Assembly (NCBI GenBank): GCA_002245135.1
Contig: NGBS01000607.1
Location: 1-64,000, forward strand
Reading direction: 5' to 3'
From: Proteromonas lacertae
Taxonomy: Eukaryota
DNA length: 64,000 bases
Shown: piece after piece, positions 52,838 to 64,000 of the stretch
How positions within the stretch are numbered: position 1 is the first letter of the stretch
Layout: every line of letters starts with the position of its first letter
Program-made: the position numbers and the translations under genes
Notes under the pieces: generated by a model
What the model was told of the DNA's origin: nothing
The model's database searches: none
What the model saw: only the letters and a program-made list of their open reading frames with translations

Positions 52838-53887
52838 ATGGATCCTAGAGGTTTTGGATTTTTATTAACAGTTTTAGCAGGTGTAGGCACTTGTTGTGGC
52901 TCTATAACTGTTTTTTTCGCTCATTTGTTCCATGGTAAAGCATATAAGCTTTATTTATCAGGTATACAATGAATAAATATATAAATCAGGAGCATTAAGT
53001 TCTGCTGGTGGCGTTATGTTATTTATATCATTTGCAGACATCTTGCCTGAAGCTCTTGATCATTTTGGTCAAGTAGAAAATCTTAAAAACCACAAAACCA
53101 AATTCGCATAGTATGAACATACTTATTTATTATTTCATATAGTCTATTTTTCTTTACAGGTTGTTTATTAGCTGTATTCTTAGATTTTATAACCGCAAAG
53201 TGCAGTCCTAAAGAAACAGTTATAACAGATGAAATGATGGAAGAGATTGCAAGAGAACACGATGAACTTCAACAGCAAAAGAGATTAAAAGCAATGGAAG
53301 AAGGAAACACTACTCCATCTATTGAAATGTCTCCTAAAACAGAAGATGAACTTGCTAGTATAAGATTACCAACTGAACTAAATAATCAAATTGAATTACA
53401 ACATGAAAGGGATGATATATCAGCCAAAGATAGAACTCATCTTTTATTCGTTAGCATAATAACAGCAGTGGCATTGAGTGTTCATAATTTCCCTGAAGGT
53501 TTAGCTACATATACAGCTGCAGTTGATGATCAGAATATGGGTATTGCTTTAGGTATTGCTATGATCGTACATAATATACCTGAAGGTATGGCAGTGGCTA
53601 TTCCTACTTATTTTGCTACAAAGTCAAAAAAAATAGCTGTTCTTGTAACTGCCATATCTGGTGCTGCACAACCTATTGGTGCGTTTTTTGGATGGTTGAT
53701 CTTGAAAGATGGTGTTAGTCACTTCGTTTTTGGAATGATGTTTGGTTTAGTTGCTGGAATCATGACATTTATCACCTTAGAAGAATTATTACCCAATGCA
53801 AATAAATATGATCCTGAAGATAAAGTCTTCAGCAAATTTTTATTTATTGGAATGTTAGTTGTAGCTCTTATTATTATGTTTATCTAG
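52838..53887 (+). CDS. ZIP (ZupT/GufA) metal transporter, copy 3
   Basis: HNFPEG and HNIPEG; same two introns. Confidence 0.9.
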
Positions 53888-54010
53888 TTTTTGTACATTT
53901 GATACTCTTGTATTTCTTTTTATTGTGGTTATCAATTTGACACAATTGAAGAAAAATAAAGAATAAGAACAGCTTGGCTTGAACATTTGTTTTTTTTCAT
54001 TCTAAATTGA

Positions 54011-55092
54011 ATGGATTCTAAAGTGCTTGCCTTTCTTTTAACTATCTTATCATTTGTTTCTACGGTGTTAGGCTCATTTACCATATTTATTGCATATAGG
54101 TTCCATGGCAGAAAATTTAAGCTGTTTCTTGCTGGTATAATTTTCATGTGTTATATGTTACAAATAGCAGCACTAAGCGCTACAGCTGGGGTAATGCTTT
54201 TTATTTCGTTTGTTGACATACTAAATCAATCAATTCAGCATTTTGGTAATATAAAAGGTCAAGAAAAACATGTTTATAAATGGGCATTGTATGAATAAAT
54301 TATTTATAAATAATTATATAATATAGTTTATTCTTTTTCAGTGGATTGTTATTAGGTTTTATTCTAGATGTAGTATTAGAAAAAATAAGTCATGAATCTC
54401 ATTCAGAAATGACTGAAGAGATGTTAGAAACATTAGCATTACAACATCATGAAAAACAACTAACATCTCAAGAAGATGATAGAAAGATAATAAAAATTCA
54501 ATTGAAATAGATATTGACAATATAAAACCAGCTGATAGTGAAACAGAAAATAAAACTGAAAGAAACTCGTCTATAAGACATAGTAGATATTCAAATATAC
54601 AAATAAATAACGATGAAACAATCACAGATTCAGAAAAGAAGAAATTATTAAGAGTTAGTATTGTTAGTGGCATTGCTTTAGAGTGTTCATAATTTCCCTG
54701 AAGGTTTAGCTACATTTACTGCTGCTATGGATAGTTCTAAAATGGGAATTACTCTAGGTATTGCCATGATTATACACGATTGTCCAGAAGGTATGGCTGT
54801 AGCAATTCCCACTTATTTTGCTACTAAATCAAAAACTATAGCGATTGTAGTAACTGCTATATCTGGAATATCGCAACCGCTTGGTGCATTATTTGCTTGG
54901 CTGATAATCAAAGACGGTGTTAGTGATTTTGTGTATGGTCTTTTATTTGGATTGGTTGCTGGAATTATGACTATGATTACATTGGAAGAGCTACTGCCAA
55001 GTGCAATTAAATATGATCCAGAGGATAAAGTTACTACAAAAGCATTAATTTTAGGAATGGGTGTAGTTGCATTGATATTAGCTTTTCTATAA
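54011..55092 (+). CDS. ZIP (ZupT/GufA) metal transporter, copy 4 (indels in assembly)
   Basis: HNFPEG and HDCPEG; same two introns. Confidence 0.85.
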
Positions 55093-55208
55093 TTGCTACA
55101 AATGCGAATGTATGTTAATATTTAGTATATATGTTTTACTTAATGTGATATTTTTGTTTTTAATTTCAAACATGTTTGATCTTATTTTTCTTCTATAAAG
55201 CTTATAAA

Positions 55209-58200
55209 ATGAGTAAATTATACAATATAAATAGGATTGAGAAAAGACCTATAAAAGCTACTGATTTAGATGTATAATTTGTATTGTAGCTCATTAATTT
55301 TAGAATTCTGCTGATGTAGTGAAGAAAATATCTAAAGTTCAAACGTATTATATTCTTTGATAGTATTATTATATTTTAGTGTTGAATTATCATCAATATC
55401 AGAAGTAATTCCTTCCACTCCTCTTAGTTTGAAATCTTCATCGTATGAACAATTGGTATGATATGTATATTTACTAGTATTATATCATTCAAATCACCAT
55501 ATTCCGCAACTACAGCAATTTCAGAAGATATATCAATCCCTCCATGTGAGATGTGTGACAACACATGTAATGAACATTGTCAATGTCCTTGTCATGGAGA
55601 TATATTACAGTATAAATATTTAATATATATATTATAGTGGAGAAGATTATTGTCCATATTGTGATTCATATTGTAATGAAAAGTGTGAATGTTTTTGTCA
55701 TGACGGATATGAAGAATATGAAAGGCAAAATTACTATTATATGTATATTTCTAACTATATAAAAAATTATAGTGGAAATGATCATTATTATCCAGATGAT
55801 TTAATAAGAGATAGTGATAATGATTATACAAATAAAGTGAATGAAATTAGTAAAGATGAAGAATTGAATGAATATTTTGATCAGCCAGAGGTATCTAAAG
55901 ATGTTGATAAGTTGGAGACAATTAATGAAGAAGAAGATAAAAGTATAGAAACAAATGCAAATACTGTTAATAATCAAGAAAATCAATATAAAATCAAAGT
56001 AAGACCAAAAAGAAGAAAAGATGATTTAAAACCGTTTAATCCACATGTTGGTCATAAATTCACTCCATTAACATATGAAGAAACTCAAAGAAAGAATCAA
56101 GAAGTATGAATTATTATTATTATAAACTAGAATATTATAAGGCAGAGAAGAAAAAGAAAAGAATTGAAAAATAAACAGAAAGAATTTGTAAAAGAAATAA
56201 AAAAAGAGAAAAAAGATAAACCTCCATCTATACTTCAGAATCCAGATTTAGTATTTATTTTTATTATTGTTATTATTATTAGCAAAATGCAAAAGGATAT
56301 AAAATAGGACTAGATTTAAACAAAGTGAAAGAAAATCTAGAGAATGAGAAAAGGAAAGAAATAATAGAAAAAATAAAAGCAAAAAGACAAAGAAAAGAAA
56401 TAATGGAACAAATGAAAGATATTGATATTATAAAGAAAGATCCTACCAAAATAGAATCAAAGAATACAAAACAGTACAAATTCACTGGTGATGAATTTGA
56501 GGAGAAAAGAAAGAAATTGGAGGAAGTATTATTTATGTTATTATATATATTATTATTAGGAAGAAAAAAAGAAAAACAAGAAGAGGATTTGTTAAAGTAT
56601 AAAAGAGAACAATATAGATTAGAAGTTCTAGTATTTATATATAACATTATTATATTATATTGAAATAGAAACAACAACAAGAAAAAGAAGAATTAGAGAG
56701 ACAAAAGAAAGAAGAAGAAGCAGAAAAACAAAAGCAAAAAGAACCAACAGAAAAAGAGATTAAATATAATATGATAAGAGAAATGAATAAAGGTAAAATC
56801 ATTGAAATTGGACCAGGATATTATAATCCAAAACCAATTCAAGAAAAAGAACCAGAATATACAATATCAAAAGCAGATAAAGAAATTAAAAAGTATTAAT
56901 ATAAAAATGATTTATATTATTATTTGTTTAGTCCAAAAGCTGATATTCCTGGTCCAACAGATTATAATATAAAAACACCATCACCAAAACCAACTACAAG
57001 AGTGTATAGACCATTTGGATGTATAAATTGTAAAGGAGCTGGTTGTGAATTATGTAGAGAAAGTATAATAATAATAATTATTATTATTTATTTAAATAGG
57101 AGATGAGAAATTAAAGGAAAGATTAGAACTTCGAGACATTCTTCAATCAAAGCCTGACTTATATATTGATGAGTATGTAAATGAAGCGAAAATAGAAAAA
57201 ATCAAAAAACATAAACACAAAAAAAGAAACATAAAAGAGTACATTTTGAAGATGAAAGAAAAGAGAATGAGCCAAAATCCTTCAATAAATCTGAGAGTAA
57301 ATTCTCAGAAAGCAAAATGCAAGAAGAGGATGAATTTAAAGATGATTTCTTATCAGAGAGTAAAAGAGAATCAACATTATTTTCAGAAAGTAAGATTTCC
57401 GAAGGTAATAAAATCAGTTCTTCTTCATCATCTTCATCTTCTAGTGAAAGTGAAAGTGAGAGTGAAAGTGAAGAAATGATATTCAAACGAAAAGAACCAC
57501 AACCACCAAGACAAATGTATGATGAAAGAGTATTAACATGGAAAGAAAAAAGAGCATTTTATAATCGTCAGAAAGATGAATCAGATCAAAATAGATTTTA
57601 TTACGATATTAACTATAATTTAGTAGAAGAAAGACCAATAGTAAAAGCAAATTTCCAACAAGAAATGATTTCTAGAAAAAGTGTAGAAAGAGACTTAGGT
57701 AAATACAGAGAAAGGAATGAAATATTGAAAAGACCACCAGAAGGGTTTTTAGAACCACAATTACATCATGAATGGGATATTGGAAAGAATATTCCATCAC
57801 CAAAACCATACAATCCACCAACACCTATTAAAGAAAGAATTGAAGCAATAAAAGAGATGAATAAAGAATACGATGGATTTTATGAGAATCAATACCATCA
57901 AGAATGGAAACCTCCTGATATCGTTTATACTGATTATGATAATATTAAAGGAAGAGAAGCTAAAGAGATTAAATATAAAAATGATGTAAAAATTATTCCA
58001 TTTGATGAGATTATTCCTGAAACACCAAAAGATGATGAAAGTATTAAATCATTATCTAATGAATGGTTGAATATAAAAGGTGGTGAATTTGGTAAAGTAT
58101 TTATAATATAATATATATTCTAATGTATAAATCAATAGAATGTTCCTCGTAATAAAGCTGCTGGACCATTTGGAGAAAGACCAGAAATAGCAGTAGAAGA

Positions 58201-59405
58201 AGAGAGAAAATTGACTGTATTTGTTGTTTATATCTTTTATTTTTATTTATATAGGAAGAACCTTATTATGATGTAGAAAAAGGTCAAAAGTATTTAGATC
58301 CTGATAGAGGTTATACATTCCCAAAAGCAGTAGAGAAAGAAAATATTGATCATGATGGTGACAATATCGTATTAGATGTAAAAGATGATTTAGTCAAACC
58401 AAAAGTTCCGCAATATGTGAATTACAAAGCAGATAAAGTAAAAAGAATAAATCCAGAAATAGAAGGAAAAGAAACAGAATATGAAGTGAAATTAGAACCG
58501 AATTATGATTATGGTAAAAAGAAACAACCAGTTTTTTCATTCCCCAAACATGAAGATAAACCGCCAAGTCCAGAACCAGAAAGATTAATATTAAATCCGA
58601 ATTATGATTTTGAAAAAACTAAAGTTCCTGTTTATGTAAATATGGCAAAACAAGTATTTTTTTATTATTGTTGTTTATTTATTAAATAGAGTAAAGATAA
58701 ACAACCAGATCCAGAATTTGATGAGAATTATAAACATGCTGAATATGATATTGATAAAGGATTAAAGTATTTAGAAAAACCAGCTCCAGTATTAGTGAAT
58801 ATGAAAAAGGATGAAAAAAGATGGACTGAACCAAAACCAAATGAAGAACAAATATTAATACTCAATCCACAGAAAGTAGAAACAAAACCAAAAGCATTAA
58901 TTGATATGGGAAAAGCACCTCCAAGATGGAAAGATCCAATTCCAGGTGAAGAGAAAGAAGGAGATGTTTTAGATTTAGAAGTAAAAACAGGAGTAACTTC
59001 AGAATATAAAAGACCAGTAACATTAGTAGATATGTCTAAACAATTAGGTAGAATGAGTTTGAATGAATTAAGACAATATAGTGAGGAGTTAATATTGAAT
59101 ATTGAATCTGCTCAAGACGCTGTTAAAACTCGAGTTGTTACTGCTCCTCCGTTGAATAAACAGATTAGTAGAGATGCTCCTGTTATTGGTGAAAAGAAAA
59201 CGACAGATACTTCCAATGTTGATTTTACTGATGTAGAAGCTGCGAAAGTTAAAGCTGGACATAAAGAGTTTATTCATGAAAAACCAAAACCTTTACCATC
59301 TGTTGAAACATTGTTGAAAGAAGAAAAAGAACCTGTATATTTATTGTTATTGTTATTATATATGAATAGGTTAAACGTAATCGTAGAAGGAATAAGAGGA
59401 AATAG
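55209..59405 (+). CDS. Large charged multi-exon protein with Cys clusters, SHIPPO/STPG-like GPG-x-Y motifs and repeated L.PNYD..K.K.PV units (probably axonemal/cytoskeletal)
   Basis: CEMCDNTCNEHCQCPCH and CPYCDSYCNEKCECFCH; IGPGYYNPK and IPGPTDYNIK; EPNYDYGKKKQPV and NPNYDFEKTKVPV. Confidence 0.6.
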
Positions 59406-59615
59406 ATGTAGCAGAATTCATTTTTTCAATATTCAAAGTAATTTGTCATAATTTAATAAATCTAAAAGTGTGTATGTATTTAATTACTACTTATTGTATA
59501 TTATACCATTTAAAGGAAACTGCAAGCTTTGTCTTTTTCACAAAAGAACAAAAGAATGTTTTAGAATTTGAAACGATTAGTTTTTTTAAAACAAAATAAT
59601 ATCTTTTTCATTTCA

Positions 59616-61243
59616 ATGGTAGTTCCATACAAAAAATCAGAAAAAACACAAGCTGTACTTGACAAACTTCGTGGAGGTTTAATTGTCTCATGTCAAGCTC
59701 ATGAACCTGATGGTTGTTATGGTGTTGATGTAATGACAAGAATGGCTGTTGCTGCTGAAATGGGAGGAGCTTCAGGTATTAGAGCTGATGATCCTGATCA
59801 TGTTGCATCCATTCGTAAAGCTGTGAAATTACCAATCATTGGTATATACAAACAAGATATCGAAGGTTATGCAACAAGAATCACATTGAATATGGACAGA
59901 GTAGCAGATATTGTCAATGCTGGAGCTGATATTATTGCTATTGAAGCAACAGACCGTCCACATCCATTCAACACAACTGGATTTGAACTTATCACGCAAA
60001 CAAAAGCTAAATATGATGTAGTTGTAATGGCTGATTGTTCAACAATTCATGAAGCTGAATTAGCTTACAAAGCTGGAGCTGATATCTTATCATCAACAAT
60101 GAGTGGATATACACCTTATTCATTGACACGTTCCAACACCAGATTATGAAATGGTTGCTGAAATGAAGAAGAGATTCCCTGATAGATTCATCATCTGTGA
60201 AGGTAGAGTAAATTCCCCTGAACAAGCTGGTAGATTAATCAGACACGGTGCTGATGCAGTATGTTGTGGTTCAAACATTACTCGTCCAATCTACGTCACT
60301 CAACATTATGTTGCTAAAATGAAACCATATCCATCAGGTTCTCCAATTTTAGCTGTTGATATTGGTGGTACAAAGATTGCCTGTGGTGTTGTATTACCTG
60401 ATGGAACAGTCTCTGGTGTAGAGAAAGTACCAACTCCAAGTGATACAGCTGAACATATTTATGAATCATTAATTGGAGTAGCAAAGAAGGTATTTAGTAT
60501 GTGGAAAGGTGATAAGATTGAGAAATGTGGTATTAGTACAGGTGGAACTATTAATTATAAAGGTGATATTATCTATGCAACTGATACATTAACAGGATGG
60601 AAAGGATTCCCATTAAAAGAAAGAGTTGCTGAAGCTTTGAATTTAACTGTGACTGTAGTTAATGATGGTAATGCTGCTGCTTTAGGTGAAGCTACTTATG
60701 GTATTGCCAAGAACTGTCATTCAGTATTAGGTATTACTGTTGGTACTGGATTTGGTGCTGGTGTTGTTATTGATGGTGAAATATACAGTGGAACTTTAGA
60801 TAATGCAATTAATATGGGAGCTATTATAGCACAAGTTGGAGGTAAGAAATCAGATAAAGTTGTTGGTGCTTTAGAAGCTTATGTTAGTGGCAGAGCTGTA
60901 TATAATGAGTATGTTGATAGAACAGGAGATGCTAATAAATATACAGATGGTAAAGCTGTAGGTGATGCTGCTTTAGCTGGTGATTTTGATGCTAAAAAAG
61001 CTGTTGAGAAAGTATGTGAATGGTTAGGTATTGGTATTGCCACTATTGTTGCTTGTCATAATCCAGAGATGGTTGTTATTGGTGGAAGTGTTGCTGATCT
61101 AGGTGATATGTTTATTGAGAATGTAAGAAGAGAATTTAAATCTCATGCTTTCCCTGCATTGAAAGAGACTCCAATTAACTTGGCTGAATATAAATCAAAT
61201 GCTAATCTTGCCTGGAGCTGCTGTTTATGCTTGGACACATTAG
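59616..61243 (+). CDS. nanEK: Fused N-acetylmannosamine-6-phosphate 2-epimerase (NanE) + ROK-family sugar kinase (NanK-like); intronless; two apparent 1-nt insertions
   Basis: GGLIVSCQA, GGASGIRA, LPIIGIYK, MADCST, STMSGYT, EGRVNSP, GSNITRP, then LAVDIGGTKI, NDGNAAALGE, TVGTGFGAG, NPEMVVIGGSV. Removing 1 nt near 60131 gives RPTPDYEMV; removing 1 nt near 61212 gives NLAGAAVYAWTH*. Confidence 0.9.
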
Positions 61244-61405
61244 ATGATTTGATATTATTTTGTGTATAGTGTAATAATAATAATATTGTCTTTGTTTTTG
61301 GTTTATAAATACAAACAAAATTTTAAAATAGAAAATTATAACAACAATCATTTTGTGTGAAGAAAAAAAGTATGCAATTTCCAACTAATACTTATCTACA
61401 AAACA

Positions 61406-61704
61406 TTATTTATCTAAAAATCTGTCAATGGCATTTTAGCAGCTGCTTTAATAAAACCAAGGAATAATGGATTTGGTCTTAACGGATGACTAGTAAATTC
61501 AGGGTGATATTGTGTAGCAACAAAGAAAGGATGTACTTTTGTGTCTAATTCAATAATTTCAACACGAAGATTATTGTCTCCCATTCCTACTATTCTTAAA
61601 CCATCTATAATTATAAAATAATTACATAATTAATATACTTGATTCTAATTCTTCTTTATAATCAAGATTCACTTCATATCTATGACGATGTCTTTCTCTA
61701 ATAA

Positions 61705-61745
<41 letters not shown>

Positions 61746-63194
61746 TTATACTCATATTCTTTGGTTTATGATATACATTATAACAAATGCAATCTTTTGT
61801 TAACAGAGTTGTATCTTTACCACCTAATCTCATTGTTCCACCAATAATAGTTGGATCAATTTCAGGCATAAATATAACAACTGGATCTCTTGTATTTTCA
61901 TCAAATTCAGTTGAATTAGCTTTTGGCTTTTTCAATATATTTCTAGAATATTCTATAACAGCTAATTGCATTCCCAAACATATTCCTAAGTATGGCATTT
62001 TATTTTCTCTTGCATATTTAATAGCAGCTATTTTTCCTTCAATTCCTCTTTCTCCAAAACCACCTGGTACTAATAAACAATGAGCTGTTTTTAATATTTC
62101 CCATGCCTCTTTATATCTTTCCTTTGCTTCTTCATCATCTTCTTTGGGTTTTTCTAAATCAGATGATTCAATAAATTCAATATTTAATCTATGTTCAATG
62201 GTAAATGATGCATGTAATAATGCCTTTCTTACTGATAAATAAGAATCTTCTAATTTTGTATATTTACCTACAAATGCCACTCTAATTTCAGGTAAAGATT
62301 CATCACCAATTATGCTGGTGATTTTATTCCATTCCTTTAAATCAATCTCTTTTCTTGGTTCTAATCCGAATTTCTTTAAAATAATTTGTGCAGCGTTTTG
62401 ATTATTTAACATATTTGGAACACCAAATAATATTGGACAGTCGTGTAAAGACAAACAATTCTCAGTTGCAACATTTGTGAATAATGATATTTTTGACTTT
62501 GTTTTTTCATCTAATTCAATTGGACATCTTAAACATAATATATCTGGGAATAAACCTACATTTCTTAAAGTAGCTACACCATGCTGAGTTGGTTTTGTCT
62601 TTAATTCACCAATCATTGGAACTAAAGATACGAATCCTAAACAGGTATCTTCCTTTGGTTTTGATTGGATGAATTGTCTTATTGCTTCTAAGAAAACTGC
62701 ACTCTCAATATCACCAACAGTTCCTCCTACTTCAATTAAACAAATGTCTGCTTTTCCTAACTCATCTATGTCTTTATCTGCTACTCTTTCAATCCATTCA
62801 ATAATGCAATTTGTAACATGAGGTACAATTTGAACGGTATGACCATTATATACTCCTGCTCTTTCTCTTTCAATTACAGATTGGTAAATCTTTCCTGTTG
62901 TGATATTATTATCTCGGCCTAATTTAACATCCAAAAATCTTTCATAATTACCTAGATCTAAATCACCTTCACAGCCATCATCACAAACAAAGACTTCACC
63001 GTGTTCATAAGGTGACATTGTGCCTGCATCAACATTCTGTGCATAATTAGAATTAAAATGTATACAAGGTAAGGATCAATCTTTATTGATGTGACTCTAA
63101 ATCCAGCCAATTTAAGTAGAACACCAATGGAACTGATGGTAGTTCCTTTACCAAGTCCACTAATTACTCCTCCAGGAAGAATGAAGTATTTCAT
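61406..63194 (-). CDS. CTPS: CTP synthase
   Basis: [72 protein letters not shown]. Confidence 0.97.
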
Positions 63195-63346
63195 AATGTC
63201 AAACAAAATGCAAATTCACAAGCCAAATCTATTTAAACATGTATTATGGAAATATAAACAGAAAAACAGTATTTAGAAGATGGAAAATTTTATATTACGA
63301 AATAAAAACACCTAATAACGATATATAATTTCTAACATCACAATCC

Positions 63347-64000
63347 TTATTCGAATAACAAATACTTACAGTTAGAATATGCAATACTCCTAATGGGTAA
63401 AGAATTCCTATATTCATCACAATCTATAAGCTCACTAGTTTTTTTCAACAAATCATTAACGGTAATTTCTGGATTTAATTCAATACAATTAGTATATACC
63501 TTTACAATCTTTGTATCTAATGGATTAACTGATTTCATAATATATTTTATTGTTTCTAGTAGAATTTGAATTAAAGATTCATTGGTAGTAGTTGTTTCTG
63601 ATAGTTGTGGTAACACTCTAATCACAAAATTGGAAGTAATATATATCGAAGATAATGGTAAAATATCTATTATACAAATTATAAAAAAATATGATTAAAA
63701 ATATACGATCAATATAATTAGAATGATTTGCAATATAATCATAACTATTTAACAAACATAAAATAGAATGAACACATTCACAATATTTCCATTGTATTAC
63801 ATTATTTTGACAATATAATATGAAATTATTCAAAGTATTTACTTCTCCATTATAAACTAAATAATATATATCATTATCTGTAGTATATCCAAATATTTCA
63901 CATATATTTGGATATTTCAATTTACAGTAATTCTTACATATTTCTTGTGGACTTACAGCGGATGTTATTGCTTCAGGAATTGTTATTTCTAATATTGAAA
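63347..64000 (-). CDS. Degenerate protein kinase-like gene, 3' part only (continues beyond the window)
   Basis: LKYPNICEIFGYT.....YLVY resembles kinase subdomains IV-V; catalytic motifs are not recognisable. Confidence 0.4.

Noticed and set aside
20719..57486. Antisense and alternate-frame ORFs (e.g. 20719-20907, 46767-47156, 49501-49791, 56279-56680, 57202-57486)
   Set aside because: They are shadows of low-complexity or conserved genes on the other strand or frame and have no motifs of their own.
60120..60155. Programmed frameshift or two-gene operon between NanE and the kinase
   Set aside because: The break falls inside the NanE barrel, and similar single-base indels interrupt many unrelated genes here (DnaJ, GT92, ZIPs, mastigoneme protein); assembly error is more parsimonious.
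1..64000. Blastocystis-type stop codons created by polyadenylation (TGTTTGTT motif)
   Set aside because: Every gene end I could read has a genomic stop codon, and I saw no such motif positioned at an incomplete stop.
1..64000. CRISPR arrays, tRNA/rRNA genes or prokaryotic operons
   Set aside because: No repeat-spacer periodicity or recognisable structural RNA was seen; the periodicities are explained by TPR and ankyrin exons and trinucleotide tracts. Small ncRNAs cannot be excluded by eye.

Overview
This is very AT-rich (roughly 25% GC by eye), gene-dense eukaryotic DNA with many short GT-AG introns (about 26-50 nt). An IFT70/TTC30 gene, a Sig1/Ocm1-type mastigoneme protein, Sam50 and a bacterial-type NanE-NanK fusion suggest a flagellated, probably gut-dwelling stramenopile of the Opalinata (Proteromonas/Blastocystis-like); this identification is inference. 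About 30 genes can be read. Scattered 1-nt indels break several conserved genes and look like long-read assembly errors. The main result is five introns, in five unrelated genes, that carry minor-spliceosome (U12) signals (5' ATATC[C/T/A]TTT, branch site CTTTAAT/CCTTAAC 8-13 nt from the end) but end in AA (four, one of them ambiguous) or AG (one) instead of AC. All are phase 0 in the preferred models, and four restore a conserved protein motif when removed. Other highlights: a >2,700-aa pseudokinase plus six-AAA (midasin-like) protein whose AAA ring lies between near-identical in-frame direct repeats, with a third decayed copy upstream; a Kelch-ectodomain/TM/RING-H2 receptor-like E3 ligase; a candidate promoter element GCTTGA; a four-gene ZIP transporter array with gene-conversion tracts; and an intronless NanE-ROK kinase fusion.
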